From: Escherichia coli
GTDB taxonomy: Bacteria > Pseudomonadota > Gammaproteobacteria > Enterobacterales > Enterobacteriaceae
Assembly (NCBI RefSeq): GCF_024502345.1
Contig: NZ_JALDNN010000001.1
Direction: 5' to 3' (one strand)
Length of the DNA: 64,000 bases
How positions within the stretch are numbered: position 1 is the stretch's first letter; every line of letters starts with the position of its first letter. Below the pieces are notes generated by a model. That model saw only the letters and a program-made list of their open reading frames with translations. It did not search any database and had not been told where the DNA came from. Made by a program: the position numbers and the translations under genes. Below are positions 59,003-64,000 of the stretch, in pieces.

Positions 59003-60409
59003 GTGATGCCGTCAATTATCCAGGACGCAATAACTTCTCTTTTGGGGGGAGATACCAGCGATGACTGGCAGGGGCAGTTACGGCCCAGCTCATTCAGAGG
59101 TGTGCCATTTGCAATTGTTGCTGAGGAAGGGAGCCACGGCCGACGCCAGGCGGTACATGAATATCCCTACCGTGATACAGCCTGGATAGAGGATATCGGG
59201 CGGGCAACACGGCGATTTGTTATTCGCGGTTTCTTGATCCAGAACAGCCAGGTTTACGGCGGCGGCGATGCTATCACGCAGCGCCAGTCACTGATTGAAG
59301 CCTGTGAACAAAAAGGTAGCGGTACGCTTGTCCATCCGACACTGGGCGAATTAACGGTTTCCATCCCTGAGAATGGTTTGCGTATTTCCGGTTCGATGGA
59401 GAACGGGCGAGTATTTGAATTTACCCTGATGGCAATTGAATCAGGGCTTAAAGTGTTTGCTGTCACGGGCAGTACCGTTGCAGGCGCCACGGTGAAAACC
59501 AACTATCTGAAACTGGTCAGCACTGCTGTGCTGAGCACGATTGCCAGAGTTAAGAGTGAAATCCGCGGTGTCACACAGGCTATAAACACCATCAGAGGCA
59601 CGGTCACGTTCTGGACTAACATGGTTGACAGCACCATCAGTCAGGTCACGAATCTCAGCAATGTCCTGAACTCCACGTTCGGGAATACCCGGTACGGACG
59701 TTACAGTAAAGGCTCTGTGGGCGGTAGTTCCTCTGCTGTTGCTGGCAAATCGTCAGTTGCTGATGTGGATGATGAGAGAGCACTGGCTGACAAGGTAACA
59801 GCCCAGTCGGTAATGGACCGGAAAAATGTTACCGACAGGTCGAGCCAGCTTAGCAGCTCCAACACACCTGATGAGTTTGTCCAGGGCGTCGCCGACGTGG
59901 TAAACGCAATTCTTAACAGCGCCGGCAGCGTTAATGACCGAATCACAGCGCTGGAAAAACTGGCTAATTCAATCAGCACGGAGTACCAGCAGTCCGACAG
60001 CAGCAAAGCGATTTCGGCGACCATGAACACGCTGATTGTTGTGCTATGTACTGGTGCCATGACCAGTGCCGCTGCGGACTCCAGACCAGCCAGTACAGAC
60101 GAGGCAGAAGAGTTAACTCAACGAGTTTCTGTGCAACTTGATACGGCGCTGGTTCTGGCTGGAGACCGCGCGGACGATGATATGTATAACGCGCTTCTCG
60201 CCGTCAGATCGGCATTCCTTTCTACGATGAGTGAGCGTGCTTCTGGTCTGAGCGAGCTTCTGCAGGTTACTACCGCTCAGCCGCTTCCGGCGCTGACGCT
60301 GGCAAACCGATTATACCAGGATGCCACCCGTGCAGATGAACTGGTACAGGAAGCGCGCGTACCGCATCCGGCGTTTATGCCGACAACCATGAAGGTACTG
60401 AGGCAATGA
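59003..60409 (+). CDS. tail/baseplate protein (Mu gpN DNA-circulation-like position)
   Basis: 468-aa ORF, first gene after the tape measure. Confidence 0.5.
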   Translation: MMPSIIQDAITSLLGGDTSDDWQGQLRPSSFRGVPFAIVAEEGSHGRRQAVHEYPYRDTAWIEDIGRATRRFVIRGFLIQNSQVYGGGDAITQRQSLIEACEQKGSGTLVHPTLGELTVSIPENGLRISGSMENGRVFEFTLMAIESGLKVFAVTGSTVAGATVKTNYLKLVSTAVLSTIARVKSEIRGVTQAINTIRGTVTFWTNMVDSTISQVTNLSNVLNSTFGNTRYGRYSKGSVGGSSSAVAGKSSVADVDDERALADKVTAQSVMDRKNVTDRSSQLSSSNTPDEFVQGVADVVNAILNSAGSVNDRITALEKLANSISTEYQQSDSSKAISATMNTLIVVLCTGAMTSAAADSRPASTDEAEELTQRVSVQLDTALVLAGDRADDDMYNALLAVRSAFLSTMSERASGLSELLQVTTAQPLPALTLANRLYQDATRADELVQEARVPHPAFMPTTMKVLRQ

Positions 60410-61491
60410 ATGCAGACAGCGATCTGGATGTTGTTTCTTTGACGGTCGACGGCAAAATCATCGAGGGGTGGGATTCTGTCCGGGTAACGCGGGGTATTGA
60501 GCGTTTTCCCTCTGATTTCGATCTTGGGCTAATGGATTACTTCCCTGGCAACGAAGATCGTCAACTCGTTGAAGAGGGAATGTCTTGTGAAGTTCGTATC
60601 GGAGATGATCTGACACTGACGGGATATGTTGATGACTGGGAACCCGCACTATCGCGCTCCCGCCATGAGGTCCGCGCCACGGGCAGGAGCAGATGTCAGG
60701 ACCTGGTGGATTGCTCAGCCGAGTGGCCTAACAACGTCATCAATGCCAGTAATGCGCTTGAAATTGCTTCTCGCCTGGCATCCTACTACGGCATCACCGT
60801 AACCACGGATGTTGATGAACTTGTGAAGGTACCCCAGTTCACTCTGAACTGGGGTGAGTCTCCGCAAGAAGTCATCGATCGGGTGGCCAGATGGTCTGCT
60901 CTGCTTTACTACGATCAGCCCGATGGAAACCTGTTACTGACCCGGGTGGGAACACGTCGTGCGGCAAGTGGGATAGCCGAAGGGGTAAATGTCGAGCAGG
61001 CATACTACCGCAAATCGATGGCTGACAGGTTTTCAGATTATGTCGGTGTATCAATGAGCGTTTCTCCAATTGCAGGGTATTCGCCTGATACGGCCTATGA
61101 CGCTGTGACTCTGGCAACGGCGAGAGATCCGGAGGCCGCCCGCATGCGGTACCGAAAACATATATCGATTGTGGAAAGTACCCTGATGGCTACTCAACAG
61201 GCACAAAGTGCGATCGACTGGGAAATGAACCGGCGGTACGGACGTTCAAAACAGCTCTCGGTAACCATCGATTCCTGGCGGGATAAAGACGGGAAACTGT
61301 GGGAACCAAACACATTGATCCCCGTTGATCTTCCCACCTTACGGTTGCCGAAGACTGAATTGCTACTGGCAGAAGTCACCTATATGCGCGATGACTACGG
61401 CACCCATGCACGCATGACGCTGATGCCGCCTGAAGCATTCTCCGTTCAGCCATATGCCTTCTACCAGAACCTGGCGGGATTCAATACATGA
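60406..61491 (+). CDS. baseplate hub/tail protein (Mu gpP-like position)
   Basis: 361-aa ORF overlapping neighbouring stop codons. Confidence 0.5.
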   Translation: MNADSDLDVVSLTVDGKIIEGWDSVRVTRGIERFPSDFDLGLMDYFPGNEDRQLVEEGMSCEVRIGDDLTLTGYVDDWEPALSRSRHEVRATGRSRCQDLVDCSAEWPNNVINASNALEIASRLASYYGITVTTDVDELVKVPQFTLNWGESPQEVIDRVARWSALLYYDQPDGNLLLTRVGTRRAASGIAEGVNVEQAYYRKSMADRFSDYVGVSMSVSPIAGYSPDTAYDAVTLATARDPEAARMRYRKHISIVESTLMATQQAQSAIDWEMNRRYGRSKQLSVTIDSWRDKDGKLWEPNTLIPVDLPTLRLPKTELLLAEVTYMRDDYGTHARMTLMPPEAFSVQPYAFYQNLAGFNT

Positions 61492-62072
61492 AGCAACTAT
61501 TTAAACATGCAGCGACCAGGATCGCCGGCATGCTGGGGATTGGCCGGATCACGGCTATGAAAGATGGTGGGGTGGTGCAGTCTATCCAGTACCAGACTCC
61601 GCTGGAGGTGGCCAGCGCTCCGCGGATGGCAGAATTTGGCTTTTCATCCGGCCTGCCGTCAGGGACTGACGTGGTTCTGGCTTTTATTGGCGGTGATCGT
61701 TCCAGCGCGGTGGTAATTGCGTCCAACCATCAGGGGTTCCGTCATACAGGCCTGAAAGCGGGCGAAACGGTCATGTATAACCAGTGGGGCCTTAATATTC
61801 TCCTGACGGAGAAGGGGATCTTCCTGGATGCAAAGGGCCAGAATGTTGAGGTCAATAACGCCACTAACGTGACCATCAATGCCAGCCAGGGGATCCTTGC
61901 AAATACCCCGATCCTGAGGTGCACGGGTGACATTGTTGATAACTGTGAAACCAATACCCGAACACTGAAAGAGCTGCGGGATGCACATAATGACCATGAT
62001 CATGTGGTTAAAAATGCCCAGAGTGGCAATGACAATATCCGCAGCCAAAAAACAGAGGATCAGGTGACATGA
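61488..62072 (+). CDS. baseplate spike/assembly protein (gpV-like)
   Basis: 194-aa ORF by size and position. Confidence 0.5.
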   Translation: MKQLFKHAATRIAGMLGIGRITAMKDGGVVQSIQYQTPLEVASAPRMAEFGFSSGLPSGTDVVLAFIGGDRSSAVVIASNHQGFRHTGLKAGETVMYNQWGLNILLTEKGIFLDAKGQNVEVNNATNVTINASQGILANTPILRCTGDIVDNCETNTRTLKELRDAHNDHDHVVKNAQSGNDNIRSQKTEDQVT

Positions 62073-62506
62073 GTGACATCGCTTCATTCTGGAATGTGGA
62101 TGAGATGTTTGCTGACTGGCAGAAAGGGCTGGGTGAACTCACCACGGGGAACGATTTACAGACTGCAATACTGGACAGCCTGTTTACCGACAGGCTGGCG
62201 CGCGCTGACGATGATTATGAGGATAGCGATCGCCGCGGCTGGTGGGGGGATTCCGGGGAGGAATCCCAACTGGGATCCCGGCTGTGGCTGCTACGGCGGA
62301 AAAAACTGACCCCGGATGTAGCAAAAAAAGCGGAGGAATACTCGAGTGAAGCGCTCAACTGGTTAAAGGTTGATGGCGTTGTCAGCGAGGTTATTCCTGT
62401 TGCAAGGATCGTCCTGCCTGACCGGCTCAATCTCATTATCCGCTATCAGGCACCGGGGAAGGACTGGCAGGAATTCAGGTTTTACTGGATATGGGAGCAA
62501 CGTTAA
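62069..62506 (+). CDS. baseplate wedge protein (GPW/gp25-like)
   Basis: 145-aa ORF upstream of the J-like gene. Confidence 0.5.
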   Translation: MSDIASFWNVDEMFADWQKGLGELTTGNDLQTAILDSLFTDRLARADDDYEDSDRRGWWGDSGEESQLGSRLWLLRRKKLTPDVAKKAEEYSSEALNWLKVDGVVSEVIPVARIVLPDRLNLIIRYQAPGKDWQEFRFYWIWEQR

Positions 62507-62507
62507 T

Positions 62508-63650
62508 ATGCCGTTTAAACGACCGACGCTGAGCGAACTCCGCGACGGAAACCGGAAATTTATGCAGGCGGAGCTTGAGGATGTTGGTGCGCTCCTGCGC
62601 TTCGCGAACCTGAAGGTACTGGCTGACATGGATGCGGGGATGGGGCATCTGCATTACGCCTACCTTGACTATATTGCCCTGCAGACAAACCCGTTTACCT
62701 CTACCGATGAGTATCTCGCCGGGTGGATGGCCCTTAAGCAGGTATTCAGAAAACCAGCTGCAGCGGCGAAGTCGCCTGCGGTACAGGCTAGTGGCAGTGT
62801 TGACTGTATTATCCCTGTTGGCTCGATCATTAACCGCGGGGACGGATACCAGTACCGGACGGATGCAGATCTTAAAATTCAGGCAGATGGATTTGGTATC
62901 GTCGCGGTGACGGCCATACTGCCGGATATTACCAGTGATGTAACGGGTGGAGGCGCGCGCGGTAACGCTGATGCCGGGACCATAATGACCCTGGACGCGA
63001 ATATTGCTGGCGTGGATCCACAGGTAACGTTACTGTCCGCTGCGACCGGCGGAGCCGATATTGAAACGGAAGAGGATTTTCGCAGTCGTGGCTTGCTGGC
63101 ATGGCAGAATCCGCCTCAGGGTGGAAGCGACGCCGATTATAAAAAATGGGCGCTTGAGGTTTCGGGCGTCACCCGCGCGTGGGTAAAGCGGCGTCTGAAC
63201 GGGGCCGGGACCGTTGGCGTGTATATCATGTGTGATCGGAATGACAATGGTGGGTTTCCGGTCGGTACCGACGGAATATCCCAACTTGAGGACTGGGGGG
63301 CTGTTAAAGCCACCGGAGACCAGCTCGCTGTCGCCGACCACATCTATCCGCAGCAGACAGACACTGCCATTGTTTTCGTATGTTCCCCGATCAAGAAAGT
63401 CATCAATATTGAAATCTCTGGGATCAAAAATGCCGACAGCACCACAGTTCAGGGGATAAAAGACGCGCTGACGGCGCTGTTTTTTGATGAAGCTAACCCT
63501 GATGGTTCCGGGAAAGTTTACCTCTCTGATATTAACGGGAGTATCGGCGGTGTTAGCGGCACGACGGGCTATATTCTTAACTCTCCGACGGCCAATATCA
63601 CCTTTGCTGTTGGCGAAATTCCGGTGCTTGGCGGGGTGAATTTTGTATGA
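62508..63650 (+). CDS. baseplate J-like protein
   Basis: About 380-aa ORF from the internal Met MPFKRPTLSELRDG; size and position match baseplate J. Confidence 0.55.
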   Translation: MPFKRPTLSELRDGNRKFMQAELEDVGALLRFANLKVLADMDAGMGHLHYAYLDYIALQTNPFTSTDEYLAGWMALKQVFRKPAAAAKSPAVQASGSVDCIIPVGSIINRGDGYQYRTDADLKIQADGFGIVAVTAILPDITSDVTGGGARGNADAGTIMTLDANIAGVDPQVTLLSAATGGADIETEEDFRSRGLLAWQNPPQGGSDADYKKWALEVSGVTRAWVKRRLNGAGTVGVYIMCDRNDNGGFPVGTDGISQLEDWGAVKATGDQLAVADHIYPQQTDTAIVFVCSPIKKVINIEISGIKNADSTTVQGIKDALTALFFDEANPDGSGKVYLSDINGSIGGVSGTTGYILNSPTANITFAVGEIPVLGGVNFV

Positions 63651-64000
63651 GCCTCTTTTCAAAAAATGATTATGCCGGTGCGCTTGGTGCGCTGCTACCG
63701 ACGGGCAGGGCGTGGCCCCGGTCGCAAAGAACGGTACAGGCTGCGGTATTACGGGCACTGGGCAGCGCGTTTCAGCGTTCTGACAACGATGCGCAAAGCC
63801 TGATTACTGGTGCTTTTCCCCCTACAGCGACGGTAATGTTGTCAGAATGGGAAAGCTCTCTGGGGTTACCAGATGATTGTGCGATTGGTGAATCCGGTGG
63901 CGTCAGCGATCGCCAGCGCGCCGTGGTGGCAAAGTTAATCAGCACCGGCGGCCTGAACCGCGATTATTACATCCGGGTGGCTGCAGCTCTTGGTTATACC
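63647..64000 (+). CDS. tail/baseplate protein (YmfQ / Mu gp48-like), 3' end outside window
   Basis: ATGA overlap with the preceding gene; open frame MSLFSKNDYAGALGALLPTGRAWPRSQ... runs to the window end. Confidence 0.5.
   Translation, partial: MSLFSKNDYAGALGALLPTGRAWPRSQRTVQAAVLRALGSAFQRSDNDAQSLITGAFPPTATVMLSEWESSLGLPDDCAIGESGGVSDRQRAVVAKLISTGGLNRDYYIRVAAALGYT

Larger units (their letters stand above)
38220..64000 (+). mobile_element. prophage or prophage remnant (lambda-like head genes plus contractile-tail module); right end beyond window
   Basis: Contiguous block of lysis, terminase, portal, protease, capsid, sheath, tube, tape-measure and baseplate genes on one strand, replacing the expected napC. 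Confidence 0.85.

Overview
Enterobacterial (Escherichia coli-type) chromosome. Positions 1-38.2 kb are a conserved core segment: yfaL autotransporter (5' end off-window), ubiG, gyrA, the yfaA-yfaT-yfaS-yfaQ-yfaP alpha-2-macroglobulin cluster, rcsC / rcsB-rcsD, micF, ompC, apbE, ada-alkB, yojI, mqo, a tandem BIME/REP array, eco and napFDAGHB. From about 38.22 kb to the window end the sequence is prophage: a 5'-truncated DNA methyltransferase gene abuts the last codons of napB (napC is not where the operon order predicts), followed by a lysis cassette (putative pinholin, SAR endolysin, Rz with embedded Rz1), an AT-rich moron region (cold-shock protein, YmcE-like, GnsA/B-like and several unassigned small ORFs), a cos-like repeat array, lambda-like terminase and head genes, and a contractile-tail module (sheath, tube, frameshifted chaperone, tape measure, baseplate). 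No integrase, repressor or Q-type regulator is visible. The best candidates for something undescribed are the unassigned ORFs in the lysis-to-terminase hotspot (43.37-45.11 kb) and the intact yfa alpha-2-macroglobulin operon. All calls rest on reading the supplied translations and the DNA by eye; no database search was run, and gene names come from remembered E. coli K-12 proteins and gene order.
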